From positions 25,568-89,567 of the IMG/VR virus record IMGVR_UViG_3300008114_000040: a stretch of 64,000 nucleotides of DNA, one strand, 5' to 3'. Position numbers and translations under genes: made by a program. Below are positions 11,393 through 22,057 of this stretch, one piece after another. This DNA comes from a virus. Every line of letters begins with the position of its first letter. Position 1 is the stretch's first letter. The notes beneath the pieces were generated by a model. It did no database searches and was not told the origin of the DNA. It worked only from the letters and a program-made list of their open reading frames with translations.

Positions 11393-13822
11393 TTATGATG
11401 AACAACCAAAACAATCAAAATCAGAATCATTTGGTTTTGGTGGTAAGTTCATATATGAGTAATCCACTTTAACAGGTTCTGGTGTTGTTTTTGGTTTTTC
11501 CTTTTTACTGATGTCAACTGCCAAGTGTTTTGCACCAGTTGATATCGCTCTTGTTCTCACATAATAACATAAAGTTTTTAAACCTTTTTCCCAAGCATGG
11601 AAATGTGATGATGTTATTTTTGATAAAGTCGGATTGGCCATATAGATATTCATTGATTGTGATTGATCAATAAATGGTGCCCTATCAGTTGCCATATCAA
11701 TAAGTTGTTTTTGTGAAATCTCCCAAATTGTTTTATATTTAGGAATTAAATGTTCAATTCGTTTCACTTTTTTAAGATAGTTTTTATCTTCCGGATCCAA
11801 ATAGTTATTGAAATTAATATTCTGAATTGACCCTTCATTAATAATAATTTCATTTTTTAAGTCCTCACACCAGATTCCAATTTTTTCAAAATCATTAATA
11901 AGATACTTATTTACAATTAAAATCTCACCCCCAACTACTCGTCTATTAAATAGAGCAGAATGTGCTGGTTCCGTCATCTCAAATGAACCGGTTACCTTAG
12001 CGGAACTTGCTACGGGCATTTGTGCCGTAAATAGGGAATTACAAATCCCATATTCTTTTACACTATCTTTTAGATTATTCCAATCCCACATACCAGATAA
12101 ATTAGACTCATTTAACCCCCACATATCATATTGGAATATACCTTGTGACATTGGTGAATTATTAAAGTAAGTGTACGGTTCGTATTTTCCTTCTCTACAC
12201 AATTGATTACTTTCATATATTGCAGCATAATAAATTGTTTCAAAAATATCTTTATTCAATTTTTTTGCTTCATCAGATGTAAAAATATAATCCATTAAAT
12301 AAAATACGTCCGCCAAACCTTGCGTCCCAATAGCGATAGCTCTTTGTTCTAAACCACCTTTTCTCCCTTTTTCAGTTGAGTAATTATTAATGTTAATAAC
12401 CTTATTTAAGGCTCTTACCACTTTTCTAACTTCAGTAAATAATGATTCAAAATTGAATTTTCCATTTTCAACAAAGTTTTTCAGTACCATAGATGAAAGA
12501 GTACAGATGGCTGTAGTTGTCTCATCCGTAAATTGATAAATTTCGTTACAAAGATTACTTTGTTTTATTACCCCAATATTTTGGTGATTAGTTTTTTTGT
12601 TAGCATTATCTTTTGAACATAAATAAGGTACCCCCGTCTCCACTTGTGATTCAATGATTTTAGTCCATATGGTTTGAGCTGAAACCTTTTTACCGATACT
12701 TAACCTTACCGCTTCATTATAAACTTCTTCATATTCATCACCATAACAATTTTGTAGTGGTTTTAAACCGGCTTTAATTATATCATTTGGACAAAACAAA
12801 TACCAGTCACTATTATTTTTTACGGCTCTCATAAAATTATCTGGAATCCAAATTGCGGTAAATAAGTCACGAGCTCTTAACTCTTCTGCGCCTGTATTTT
12901 TTTTGATATCTAAAAGATCAATAATATCTCTATGCCAAGGTTCAATATAGATCGCAGCACTTCCAGGTCTCCTCCCTTGTTGGTTGAAGTATCTTAGTGA
13001 TTCATTTACAATTTTTAAATACTTCAACAACCCACCGGCATAACCACCAGATGATGATATTCTACTTTCTTTACTTCTAATGTTTGACATTGAAAGCCCG
13101 ATCCCAGCAGCATCAGATGAAAATGTTGAAATATCATTTAATGTGCCTAGTAAACCGTCTCTTGAATCTGAATTATTATAGTGTAACACACACGAAGCTA
13201 ATTGAGGTACTTTCGTACCAGCATTAATCATAATAGGTGTTGCTTTTGAGATAAGTTGTGTGGATAGTGATTTATAATACTCAGCAGCTTCACTAAATGA
13301 ATCAGTAACCCATAGTGCGACCCGCATATACATATGTTGTGGACGCTCAATTACCTGACCATTAGGTCTTTTTAATAGATACATTTCTTGAAGTGACCTC
13401 CAAGCAAAATAATCAAAATTATAATCATTATCATGGTTGATTACCATATCAATTGTATCATCACCATACTCATCAATAATTTGAATTAATTTTTCATTAA
13501 CCACACCATCTTGGTGTAATAACCTCATTGTTTTAGAAAAACTATCATCCGTTTCTTTATGGTAAGATGAAATTGCGACTGATGACGCTAATCTGGAATA
13601 ATCATAATGACTACCAGTATAAGCTGCGGCAATTTCATAAATGAGTTTATCTAACTCCTTTGTTGTTATTTCACCTTCTGTTGGTACAGATGTGATAACC
13701 TTAATAAAAATCTCATCGGAGTTAACATTCAACCCTTTTGCTGCTCTTTTAACTCTGTTATAAATTTTTTGTGGATTAAATGATGCACTTTCCCCACCTC
13801 TTTTAATTATTTTTAATGGCAT
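11393..13822 (-). CDS. nrdA: Ribonucleoside-diphosphate reductase class Ia, large subunit with ATP cone
   Basis: N-terminal ATP cone (IIKRGG...FNPQKI), ATPIMINAG, QLASC, QSNLCNEI catalytic loop, MPVASSA, GLKTLCYY, C-terminal CFGC. Confidence 0.96.
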   Translation of the reverse strand: MPLKIIKRGGESASFNPQKIYNRVKRAAKGLNVNSDEIFIKVITSVPTEGEITTKELDKLIYEIAAAYTGSHYDYSRLASSVAISSYHKETDDSFSKTMRLLHQDGVVNEKLIQIIDEYGDDTIDMVINHDNDYNFDYFAWRSLQEMYLLKRPNGQVIERPQHMYMRVALWVTDSFSEAAEYYKSLSTQLISKATPIMINAGTKVPQLASCVLHYNNSDSRDGLLGTLNDISTFSSDAAGIGLSMSNIRSKESRISSSGGYAGGLLKYLKIVNESLRYFNQQGRRPGSAAIYIEPWHRDIIDLLDIKKNTGAEELRARDLFTAIWIPDNFMRAVKNNSDWYLFCPNDIIKAGLKPLQNCYGDEYEEVYNEAVRLSIGKKVSAQTIWTKIIESQVETGVPYLCSKDNANKKTNHQNIGVIKQSNLCNEIYQFTDETTTAICTLSSMVLKNFVENGKFNFESLFTEVRKVVRALNKVININNYSTEKGRKGGLEQRAIAIGTQGLADVFYLMDYIFTSDEAKKLNKDIFETIYYAAIYESNQLCREGKYEPYTYFNNSPMSQGIFQYDMWGLNESNLSGMWDWNNLKDSVKEYGICNSLFTAQMPVASSAKVTGSFEMTEPAHSALFNRRVVGGEILIVNKYLINDFEKIGIWCEDLKNEIIINEGSIQNINFNNYLDPEDKNYLKKVKRIEHLIPKYKTIWEISQKQLIDMATDRAPFIDQSQSMNIYMANPTLSKITSSHFHAWEKGLKTLCYYVRTRAISTGAKHLAVDISKKEKPKTTPEPVKVDYSYMNLPPKPNDSDFDCFGCSS

Positions 13823-13832
13823 ATCTATTATT

Positions 13833-14780
13833 TTAAAAATCGTCAGTAAACGTTATTGTTTCATTTAACTTGGCTTTTTGGTACTCAACCGTTCTTGATT
13901 CAAAAAAGTTACCTTTTGTTTCAACGGCAATTTGTTCCATAAATTTAAATGGTTGTTCAACATTGAACTCTTTACTACAACCCATTTTCATAAGTAACCC
14001 ATCAACAACAAATTCCAAATATTGTTTCATTAAGTTTGAATTCATACCAATTAACGATACCGGTAATGATTCGGTGATAAATTCCTTTTCTATTTCAAGT
14101 GCGGAAAGTAAAATCTCTCTAATCTTCTTTTCGGATGGTTTGTTTTCCAAATGATTATTTAACAAATGAATTGCAAAATCACAATGAAGATTTTCATCTT
14201 TAAAAATTAAAGAGTTTGCATTACACAAACCTTGCATAATACCACGAGACTTTAACCAGAAGATTGAACAAAAGGAACCGGAGAAAAATATACCTTCAAC
14301 GGCAGCAAAAGCAACTAATCTTTCAGCAAAAGATGCGTTCTCAATCCAATCAAGAGCCCACTTCGCTTTCTTTTGTACAGCAGGCAGTCTGTCAATAGCA
14401 TTAAAACATTCGTCCTTTTCTTTTGGGTCATTAATGTATGTATCAATTAATAATGAATACATTAAAGAGTGAATATTTTCCATAGCCAACTGAAATCCAT
14501 AAAAGAACTTAGCTTCTGGGTATTGTACTTCCCTATAAAAATTTTCCGCTAGGTTCTCATTTACAATACCATCTGATGCGGCAAAAAATGATAGAACATT
14601 TTTAATGAAATATTGTTCATTTTCAGTCAAAGATTCCCAATCTCTGATATCGTTTGTCAAGTCTATCTCCTCTGCAGTCCAAAACGCCGCTTGATGTTGT
14701 TTGTAGTATTCCCAAATATCGTTGTATTGGATTGGGAAAATTACAAATCGTCCAGGATTTTCTGTTAATATTTTTTCCAT
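13833..14780 (-). CDS. nrdB: Ribonucleoside-diphosphate reductase class Ia, small subunit
   Basis: [49 protein letters not shown] diiron/tyrosyl-radical motifs. Confidence 0.96.
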   Translation of the reverse strand: MEKILTENPGRFVIFPIQYNDIWEYYKQHQAAFWTAEEIDLTNDIRDWESLTENEQYFIKNVLSFFAASDGIVNENLAENFYREVQYPEAKFFYGFQLAMENIHSLMYSLLIDTYINDPKEKDECFNAIDRLPAVQKKAKWALDWIENASFAERLVAFAAVEGIFFSGSFCSIFWLKSRGIMQGLCNANSLIFKDENLHCDFAIHLLNNHLENKPSEKKIREILLSALEIEKEFITESLPVSLIGMNSNLMKQYLEFVVDGLLMKMGCSKEFNVEQPFKFMEQIAVETKGNFFESRTVEYQKAKLNETITFTDDF

Positions 14781-14793
14781 AATAAATTTTAAT

Positions 14794-17244
14794 TTAATTG
14801 TTTTCTGATTGTTGTTCTTTTAACTTCTTTTTTTCCAACAGTTCTTTAATTCTGTTCCTATTCTTTTCTTCTTTTTGTTCTTCGTGACCTAGAAACGTCA
14901 CACTTTGTTCTGTATCAATTTCCAACATTCCGTTGTCAAACTTACAATTTTCAAACACAATACCATCTTTACCAATTCTGGATTTTGTGATTGCAATTGT
15001 CGCCAAATTCATTTCTTTTTGTTGTAATGATTTTGCAACCGTAATAATGACGTGGGCAACTTGTGCTTTCTTAATAGATCCACCCATTTGATCAGTTGTT
15101 ACAACATCAGATGAGATTGAACTTCTTGAACCTTGGGTGGCCGTCCATCCCGCAATATCAAGTTCATGACACATTGATTCAAAACCTCTCATTACTGAAC
15201 CCTCACTTTTCCATTCGTCGCCCAAGTTTTTATCCGGAACAACACAATCAATATAATCCAAAATAAGCAAATCAATCTTTGTTCCTTCGGCCATCATTTT
15301 TCTTATCTGAGTTTTAATCTGATTCATTGTTACCGTATCTGATGGTAATTTTTTCATAATCAACTTATTCTTTCTTGTTGATTGGATGTGTTTAACTTTT
15401 GCCATAACTTCCTCTCTATTTTCAGAAAGTTCGTCCGGATGAATTCCAGTCCAAAGTGTCATATGTTTTCTTTGAATAATTTTTGCATTGTCCTCAAAGA
15501 AAATCTGAAGTACATTATACCCCAAATTAAAGGCGTGATTGGCAATTTTTGTGGTGAAGGTCGTGTTATGTGTTAAAACATAATCTCTGGTTACATACAA
15601 GCAATCTGGGTTTGATACTTTAATACAAACCGCTTCTTCATCGTGTGTGTGACTTATTGACTTAACATACTTTTGTTCAACATATTTTGTTCTTTTATAA
15701 TACCTACTAACTTTTCTCATTAGTTTAAATGGTACAACATCATTAGCAAAGGAAATTGTAACATTATAAGTTAGTTGACCTTGTTTTTTCTCACCATTGA
15801 TTCTATAAGTTGGTATTTTTGTTTTAACTCTAACAGTACCACCTAAAGATAATACAAGTTCTCTAACATCCTCACTAAGTTGTTTTGATATGGTTGTAAA
15901 TTGAACCAATCCTTTTTTAGCTACGTACCCATCAGTGTCCATCAAACCGCGAAGTATTTCAATTCTGTTGTCCAATGAATTATACAAATAATCTTTTGGT
16001 ATGAATTTGTTGTTTGATTTCATTCCCTTCAAACCATATGTTTCCAATTTTTTGGCAACATCACTTTTCAATCTAATTACCTTGATTGTTTTTTCATTGG
16101 TTTTGGTATATTCTGTAAAGGCGGTATGTTCTGACAAATGTGAAATATTTTCAAACAACTCATCATCTTTTGTTGAAATAATGGGGTTACTTTGATTTAA
16201 ATAACCATCACCCAACAATAACCCCATAAGGTATGGATCAATAGTTACTTCTTTTTGTTCAAACTCAATTGGGGCAACCACTGGAAGTCTATAATTGTAT
16301 CTACCTCTTTTTTTGATGTCATTTACCATATCCAAGGTTTTAACAACTTTGTATCCAAAATTAGGTGAATAAGTGTTTTTTCCTTTAACTCTTACCTTTC
16401 TGGTTCTCATATTAAGTGTGTTTACACTCCACAAATGTTCAGCGTCACAATTGGAAAATGTCCCATCACTAAACTCAACTTTATAGATCGGTCTGATACC
16501 TTGGGGGTACACCCCCAATACATATTGTTCTTTACCATCGGAACCAATAACTTTATCACCCACTTTTAGATCGCCCATTTTGGTCCAACCTTTTGGTGTT
16601 AAAACCGGTTCAGAAATTGGATTAGCTTTTCCCGTTCCGGTAGGGGCCAAAAATACCCCAATTTCACCCTTAGCCAAACCACCCTTTAAAAGGTTATCAA
16701 TACCTGGAATTCCAAGTGGAATTGGGTGTCTAAAATCATCATCCAAAACCTCATCCAAGTTAAAAAATACATCCATTGTACCTTTGTCAACTTCACCAAC
16801 TTGAAGGGCCCCTCTGACCATTTCTTCCAGTTTATCATAACTTTCAAAATCTCCCTTATCAATTATTGATTGGGCTTTGGTCATAACTTTTTGAAGTTCT
16901 TGTTGTTTACAGAATTTAAGTGATTTTTCTTGAACAAAAATGGATCCTTCATCTGATACATTCTTTACTTGGTCCAAGGTGTCCAAAACACTTTTTTGGG
17001 CCATCGGTGAACTAATTTCAGATTTGGTTAATTGTTCCAGAGTGTCAAACGTTGGTGTATGTTCATACTTTGAATAATATTCCTTAATCATCTGACAAAT
17101 GATTTTGAAATATTGGTTATCAAAATAATTTGGTTCAATAACTTCAATGATGGAATTGGAAAAATCCTTATAAATTATAATGTTATTTAATAGTTGAATC
17201 TGAAAGGTGTTTCCTAAGTATCCGAAGTTTTTTTTGTCTGACAT
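14794..17244 (-). CDS. dnaB: Replicative DNA helicase (DnaB / T4 gp41-like) interrupted by an intein
   Basis: Walker A APTGTGK|TT split by the intein; ILDYID; WTATQ; KSRIG; 462 aa extein after splicing. Confidence 0.9.
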   Translation of the reverse strand: MSDKKNFGYLGNTFQIQLLNNIIIYKDFSNSIIEVIEPNYFDNQYFKIICQMIKEYYSKYEHTPTFDTLEQLTKSEISSPMAQKSVLDTLDQVKNVSDEGSIFVQEKSLKFCKQQELQKVMTKAQSIIDKGDFESYDKLEEMVRGALQVGEVDKGTMDVFFNLDEVLDDDFRHPIPLGIPGIDNLLKGGLAKGEIGVFLAPTGTGKANPISEPVLTPKGWTKMGDLKVGDKVIGSDGKEQYVLGVYPQGIRPIYKVEFSDGTFSNCDAEHLWSVNTLNMRTRKVRVKGKNTYSPNFGYKVVKTLDMVNDIKKRGRYNYRLPVVAPIEFEQKEVTIDPYLMGLLLGDGYLNQSNPIISTKDDELFENISHLSEHTAFTEYTKTNEKTIKVIRLKSDVAKKLETYGLKGMKSNNKFIPKDYLYNSLDNRIEILRGLMDTDGYVAKKGLVQFTTISKQLSEDVRELVLSLGGTVRVKTKIPTYRINGEKKQGQLTYNVTISFANDVVPFKLMRKVSRYYKRTKYVEQKYVKSISHTHDEEAVCIKVSNPDCLYVTRDYVLTHNTTFTTKIANHAFNLGYNVLQIFFEDNAKIIQRKHMTLWTGIHPDELSENREEVMAKVKHIQSTRKNKLIMKKLPSDTVTMNQIKTQIRKMMAEGTKIDLLILDYIDCVVPDKNLGDEWKSEGSVMRGFESMCHELDIAGWTATQGSRSSISSDVVTTDQMGGSIKKAQVAHVIITVAKSLQQKEMNLATIAITKSRIGKDGIVFENCKFDNGMLEIDTEQSVTFLGHEEQKEEKNRNRIKELLEKKKLKEQQSENN
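15565..16626 (-). mobile_element. Class 3 intein (354 aa) with LAGLIDADG homing endonuclease, in the helicase P-loop
   Basis: Starts [11 protein letters not shown] (Ala1); block B DAEHLW; LMGLLLGDG and LRGLMDTDG; block F VCIKV; block G VLTHN followed by Thr+1. Confidence 0.92.
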
Positions 17245-17280
17245 ATTGATTAATTTCTAGGTTTGTAAAAATAAATATAG

Positions 17281-17733
17281 TTAAGCAAACGAATAATTTA
17301 GATATTCATAAGATAAATTTTTACCTGAAAAAATGTCAGTTAGGTCTTTTAGAATGTTTTTTATGTCTGGTCGTACATCTAGGGTATATCTGACCTTCGG
17401 AGGGTATACTTTTGCATCAATGGTTCTATGACAAATTGTCTGATTTCCCACCTTTAAAATAACGTTAAATACTTCCGGTCCGTCCGTATTTGATGTGTTT
17501 AATACACTTGGATCTTCTTCAATTTGGTATTTGTTATCCAACATATAAACCAAACACTTTTTTCTCAATTTTGTTTTAAGTTGTTCTGACAAATCTTTAA
17601 TGTATTCATAAAGTTCAACGGAGTTTTGTGCGTTCTCGTTGAAGTTTTTAACATTAAAGAAACGTTGTACAACAAAATTGTTGTTTAGTGTAATTAGAAA
17701 TTCAACCTTCGTGAAATCATACTGCTCTTTCAT
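17281..17733 (-). CDS. Hypothetical protein in the replication operon
   Basis: 150 aa between exonuclease and helicase; no recognisable motif. Confidence 0.6.
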   Translation of the reverse strand: MKEQYDFTKVEFLITLNNNFVVQRFFNVKNFNENAQNSVELYEYIKDLSEQLKTKLRKKCLVYMLDNKYQIEEDPSVLNTSNTDGPEVFNVILKVGNQTICHRTIDAKVYPPKVRYTLDVRPDIKNILKDLTDIFSGKNLSYEYLNYSFA

Positions 17734-17737
17734 AATC

Positions 17738-18745
17738 TTACTTTTTTGTTTTAAATTTTGTTTTTTCTTTTCTTGTTAGTTTTAAAAATGGTTTTAAAAA
17801 ATAAACCCACTGATCATCTCCCTTGGGTAGATATTTAAATAATCCGTCCTCCATCATCATCCGAATTAAGTTTTTATACCCTCTTCCGTCAGGATCCAAT
17901 GACTCAGAATAATATAATTTAACCAATTCCTTTCCTTCTTCACTTATTAGTGGTTCGGACAAATCCACTATCTTTTTGTTTACTTCAAAAAACTCATCAC
18001 CAAATATCCCCTCCTTTGTTCGCCCAGTTAAAAGGTTCTTTAATGTGGTGTTGTCCTTTTGTTCTTTCAGTAAATCCTCACCTCTTTTTAAAATATCGGA
18101 AAAACTTATTTCTTTTTCAAGTATCTCAGGAAATAACTTTACAAAAGTTTTTTCTCCAAGATAATAAATCCCATTAATATTGTCGGATTTGTCACCAGAA
18201 ATAATTTTAAAAGTTTTTACATTGTAGTGTGGAATCTCAATGGAGTTCATTTTGATTGTATCCCCCTTTTTATAATACTTCTTGGTGTTTGGTGAGTAAA
18301 TGGTCACATCTTCCGAAATAAGTTGTGTAAGGTCTCTATCCGCACTGAAAATCGTTTTTGATTCATCCTTTGCAATTTTACAATAATAGGCAATTAAATC
18401 ATCGGCTTCCGAATTTTCAAACTCAACTTGTCTAACGAACATTTCTTCCAAATATTGTTTAACTCGTTGTTTTTGTTTGTTATAAGATAACTCCAGATTT
18501 TCATCCTCAGATCTTTTTCTATTTAACTTATAGTTTGGATATACCATTCGTCTTTGTGATGAACTTGTTTCACCATCCCAAAACACAACGGTTTTGTTGA
18601 AGTTATCTTCATCAATGAACCTACGTAAGGTATTTAAAAAGTGCCAAATACCACCAACGTGTTCAACACCATTGAAATATCCTTTAACACCATAAAAACC
18701 AATCGTTAAAAGGTTGTCACCGTCAACCAATAAGGTTTTAGTCAT
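17738..18745 (-). CDS. 5'-3' exonuclease / flap endonuclease (T4 RNase H, PolA N-terminal-like)
   Basis: LLVDGDNL, VFWDG, YPNYKLNR, EADDLIA, SADRDLTQL, GDKSDNINGI..LGEKT. Confidence 0.92.
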   Translation of the reverse strand: MTKTLLVDGDNLLTIGFYGVKGYFNGVEHVGGIWHFLNTLRRFIDEDNFNKTVVFWDGETSSSQRRMVYPNYKLNRKRSEDENLELSYNKQKQRVKQYLEEMFVRQVEFENSEADDLIAYYCKIAKDESKTIFSADRDLTQLISEDVTIYSPNTKKYYKKGDTIKMNSIEIPHYNVKTFKIISGDKSDNINGIYYLGEKTFVKLFPEILEKEISFSDILKRGEDLLKEQKDNTTLKNLLTGRTKEGIFGDEFFEVNKKIVDLSEPLISEEGKELVKLYYSESLDPDGRGYKNLIRMMMEDGLFKYLPKGDDQWVYFLKPFLKLTRKEKTKFKTKK

Positions 18746-20819
18746 TGATTATTTCATTAAGGGGGTTTGACAATACTGGTTTGTTTTTTGAAATATAATC
18801 TGAGAAGAACTCAGAAAAAATAGCTTCCATTACCGGGACACAAATTGAGTTTCCGGCCAAAGATACGTGGGCGGTGTTTGATAACGATGTTGATAGTAAC
18901 AAATCAATGTCTTCTTCTTTAACACCCATAAACCGATAACCTTCCCTTGCGGTGATTGTTCTTACACGACCGTCTTCTGTCATAATTTGGGGTGAACCAC
19001 TTGTCGTTAAAGTTGGGGAACATCCGTCAACCGAATAAATCCTTCTGGCTTGATCATAACTTATGTCATCCCTTCTTGCGATTAATCTACAAATGGTATC
19101 TTTTTTTGGTTGATGAGGTGTGTAATTACAATCAACAATTAAGTCGGGATTAAAATTTTCATCAATAAATGAACGCATCGGAACTCTCGGTTTTTTGTGA
19201 TTGTTTACATTTTCCATTTTTTGTTTGACCTCGTCTGAGTCTCCGTGTAATACTGAAATCATAAAAACACGTTCTCTATTTTGGGGACAACCAAAATCAG
19301 CTCCGTTTAAAAGTTTCCAATAAGATGTGTAACCTAGACCTCGTAAGTAATAGATGTGTTTTTGAAAGTTATCAATGTGATTTTTGGAAACAAGGTTTTT
19401 GACATTTTCCATAAGTAGATACTTCGGTCTGTTAGTTGAAAGGATTCTCTCAACATCAAACAATAATCCACTTCTTGTCCCTTCTTTTATCCCTTGTTGA
19501 TTTCCAGAAATTGAAATATCTTGACAATTATGGGCAATACAACCATTAGCGGTAAAAGAGTGATCCTCTTCAACTTCAATATCATAAACAAAATCACTAG
19601 TCAATGTATTTTCAACATCTATCACTTTAGACCAAACATATCCGTTATCATAAAATATTTTATTTCTTTTTATTTCCCCTATTTTGAATCTTATTTCGTA
19701 TGATGGTCTTTGATTAACGACTCTATTTTCAATGATACAAGTTGGGGGTCTTTCTGATCTATAAATGGAATATGGTACCCGATACACTTTACTAACGCAT
19801 TGTGCAATACCATAAATTAACTCCCTACTAGTACTTGAAATACTATTAGTATTGTCTTTTTTAACGTTCCCATCAGCAGAAAAATATCCCTCAATAAAAG
19901 ACTCCAATAAATTCGTAGGTAAATCTAAAACAGTATTATTTAGATGTTTACCGTGTGCGTATTTTCCAAACTGAGACACAAATAAACCTATTTCTTTTTT
20001 TGGTAAATGTATCTTATATGTTGACCCATCTCTAACAACTGTTGCGTTAAATTGTAATTTTTCTAATCTTTCACTAATTTCTTTAAGTTCTTTGTCATTT
20101 CTGTTTGTACAACAAATTATTATACCTCCTTGGTGTCTTAACCAACCATCACCAATGTATCTTCCAATTACCCACCAAAAATCTTTATTATCCATATAAC
20201 TAGATAATTCATTTTTGTGTCTTGTTTTTCTACCATCTTTCCACTTAAAACTAATACCATCCCATTTAGGAATAATACTATTTTGATTAATAGCAACCCC
20301 AAGATAGTCATTACTTGTTAAATCTTTACACTCTTTCCAGTGTGGTTCTGTTATATTATTTTTATCACCGTCTATCTTAGTTCTAACATAAAATCTATGA
20401 TTTTCAGTTGTTTTTAACTCATTAAATATAGGTGATTTTATTTTCCATATTTCTTTTTTTCCTTGTTCAAATTTATTTGTAACTTTTTTGTATGTGTTAG
20501 TATGTGTTAAAACTAAATCATTAATTTCAACATCTATAATATTTTTGTGTCCAGTACTAGTTAAAACAAGTGTATCCTTAGTAAAACATGGGAAGGAGTA
20601 TGTTAATAAATCACATTCTGGGAATTTTGTTTCATCAATTTTTTTAATATCACCCAAATTACCATTTGTCGTTTTATGTAAAACGTCATAACATTCATTG
20701 GCTGGTCTGAAATTATCACAATTAGAAACAACTTCATAATTAACACCTAAATATTTAAGTGCTAGCTCCTGTGTTCCGTAACCGGAAAATAATGATATTA
20801 CTTTTAACTTTTTGTCCAT
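18738..20819 (-). CDS. Orphan DNA (cytosine-5)-methyltransferase interrupted by an intein
   Basis: Motif I LFSGYG; motif IV SFP|CQDIS split by the intein; VI MENV; VIII QNRERVF; X AGNS; no cognate restriction enzyme adjacent. Confidence 0.93.
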   Translation of the reverse strand: MDKKLKVISLFSGYGTQELALKYLGVNYEVVSNCDNFRPANECYDVLHKTTNGNLGDIKKIDETKFPECDLLTYSFPCFTKDTLVLTSTGHKNIIDVEINDLVLTHTNTYKKVTNKFEQGKKEIWKIKSPIFNELKTTENHRFYVRTKIDGDKNNITEPHWKECKDLTSNDYLGVAINQNSIIPKWDGISFKWKDGRKTRHKNELSSYMDNKDFWWVIGRYIGDGWLRHQGGIIICCTNRNDKELKEISERLEKLQFNATVVRDGSTYKIHLPKKEIGLFVSQFGKYAHGKHLNNTVLDLPTNLLESFIEGYFSADGNVKKDNTNSISSTSRELIYGIAQCVSKVYRVPYSIYRSERPPTCIIENRVVNQRPSYEIRFKIGEIKRNKIFYDNGYVWSKVIDVENTLTSDFVYDIEVEEDHSFTANGCIAHNCQDISISGNQQGIKEGTRSGLLFDVERILSTNRPKYLLMENVKNLVSKNHIDNFQKHIYYLRGLGYTSYWKLLNGADFGCPQNRERVFMISVLHGDSDEVKQKMENVNNHKKPRVPMRSFIDENFNPDLIVDCNYTPHQPKKDTICRLIARRDDISYDQARRIYSVDGCSPTLTTSGSPQIMTEDGRVRTITAREGYRFMGVKEEDIDLLLSTSLSNTAHVSLAGNSICVPVMEAIFSEFFSDYISKNKPVLSNPLNEIIND
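19527..20588 (-). mobile_element. Class 1 intein (354 aa) with LAGLIDADG endonuclease, in the MTase PC motif
   Basis: Starts CFTKDTLVLT; TTENHRF block B; IGRYIGDG and IEGYFSADG; VYDIEV..DHSF...IAHN followed by Cys+1. Confidence 0.92.
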
Positions 20820-20862
20820 TTGTTTTTTTTTATAATAAAAATATAGTATTTTTTTGTATCAA

Positions 20863-21021
20863 TCAATTTTCGTTTCCATTTTTAATATATTCCTTCAATA
20901 GTTTATTAACTAGGGAAGAAAGATTAATGGATTTGTCTTTAAAATGTTGTGGAATATACGGTTCAACCGTGACACCAATTTTAACTTTTTTTTCCTCGTC
21001 TTTAATTTTTTTTCTTCCCAT
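20863..21021 (-). CDS. Small ribbon-helix-helix-like DNA-binding protein (52 aa, not in the ORF track)
   Basis: MGRKKIKDEEKKVKIGVTVEPYIPQHFKDKSINLSSLVNKLLKEYIKNGNEN; strand-helix-helix pattern; TATTTAT motif just upstream. Confidence 0.6.
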   Translation of the reverse strand: MGRKKIKDEEKKVKIGVTVEPYIPQHFKDKSINLSSLVNKLLKEYIKNGNEN

Positions 21022-21073
21022 ATATTAATAAATATCAGTAAAATAATAAAAATATAGAATTTATAGAATTTTT

Positions 21074-22057
21074 TTATTCAAAATCATCATTTTTTGACTC
21101 TTCTAAAGTGAATTCATTTCCACCCATTTTATTTGCCCAATAATCTGAATAGTCTTTTTTATACTTATCAAGAGCTTCTTTTGTATCACCAATAAACCCA
21201 TTATGAACAGCAATTATTTTAGAATCCTTAAAACCTAAACCATTAACGTGGTTTTTCAATATAGATATTTTAGTTCGTATTGCAAATGAAATTTTTCTAC
21301 CATTTTTTGTTGCGTCAATATGTGAAACCCCTGCTTTTTTTTGATTACCAAATAAAAACACCAAGGAACTTGCTAACCAAACGGCAGTACCTCCTTTTGC
21401 TTGGATTTCAGGCTGACCAAAAGGATTATCAGGGAGTAATACCCATGGTTGGTTCAAAATAACTAAAGTATTATAATAAGGGTAATCCTCTTTTTTAGAT
21501 TTTGTAATTCTAGAATGTATACCCATTCCGATCTTATCAGCTAATACCTTCGCATTAAACATTCCACCACCCTTACCATCGTATGTCATCTGACATGGGA
21601 TACTACCAATGCTATCCCATAAAAATAACAAATTATACGGTATATCACCTTTCTCCTGTGCATCTAAAACATCATTTATAAAATCCGTAGCTTGTTCAAT
21701 AACATCAAAAGAATCGTTAAAAATAAACATACCTTCCCATTCCCCATCTTCGTTTTTTTTAGCGTCTAATCCTAACTCAACGGCATGATCCCAAGACCAT
21801 TTTTTTTCGGTGATTATAAACACCGGTAAATGTCCCTTACGTTGGGCATCGGTTGCTGCCAAAATCATTGCAGTGGTCTTTCCAGCATTACTGTGCCCTA
21901 AAAACATTGAAATTCCCCCCATTACAGGTCCAGGTAATCCACACGCATCCATAAAGGCTTCTCCACAATTATAAAACTGGGTTTCCTTGTATTTTGTTTT
22001 TGTGGAAAATTTATTTTTTATATCATTAAAATTGATTTCCTTCTTCTTGATTGCCAT
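21074..22057 (-). CDS. RecA/UvsX-like recombinase
   Basis: GHSNAGKTT Walker A, FLWDSIGS Walker B, ILNQ, KGG, KNH; next to SSB. Confidence 0.85.
   Translation of the reverse strand: MAIKKKEINFNDIKNKFSTKTKYKETQFYNCGEAFMDACGLPGPVMGGISMFLGHSNAGKTTAMILAATDAQRKGHLPVFIITEKKWSWDHAVELGLDAKKNEDGEWEGMFIFNDSFDVIEQATDFINDVLDAQEKGDIPYNLLFLWDSIGSIPCQMTYDGKGGGMFNAKVLADKIGMGIHSRITKSKKEDYPYYNTLVILNQPWVLLPDNPFGQPEIQAKGGTAVWLASSLVFLFGNQKKAGVSHIDATKNGRKISFAIRTKISILKNHVNGLGFKDSKIIAVHNGFIGDTKEALDKYKKDYSDYWANKMGGNEFTLEESKNDDFE

Noticed and set aside
11393-14780. Eukaryotic giant-virus (NCLDV) origin suggested by the RNR type, PolB and SNF2
   Set aside because: Sheath, tube, gp25, gp6, neck genes, overlapping operons and intrinsic terminators indicate a tailed bacteriophage
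15565-20588. Both inteins are exactly 354 aa (1062 nt)
   Set aside because: They differ in class, splice-junction residues and sequence, with no visible DNA similarity; this is a typical size for endonuclease-bearing inteins, so most likely coincidence
18738-20819. Restriction-modification system
   Set aside because: No restriction endonuclease gene beside the MTase; the neighbour is a FEN-type replication exonuclease
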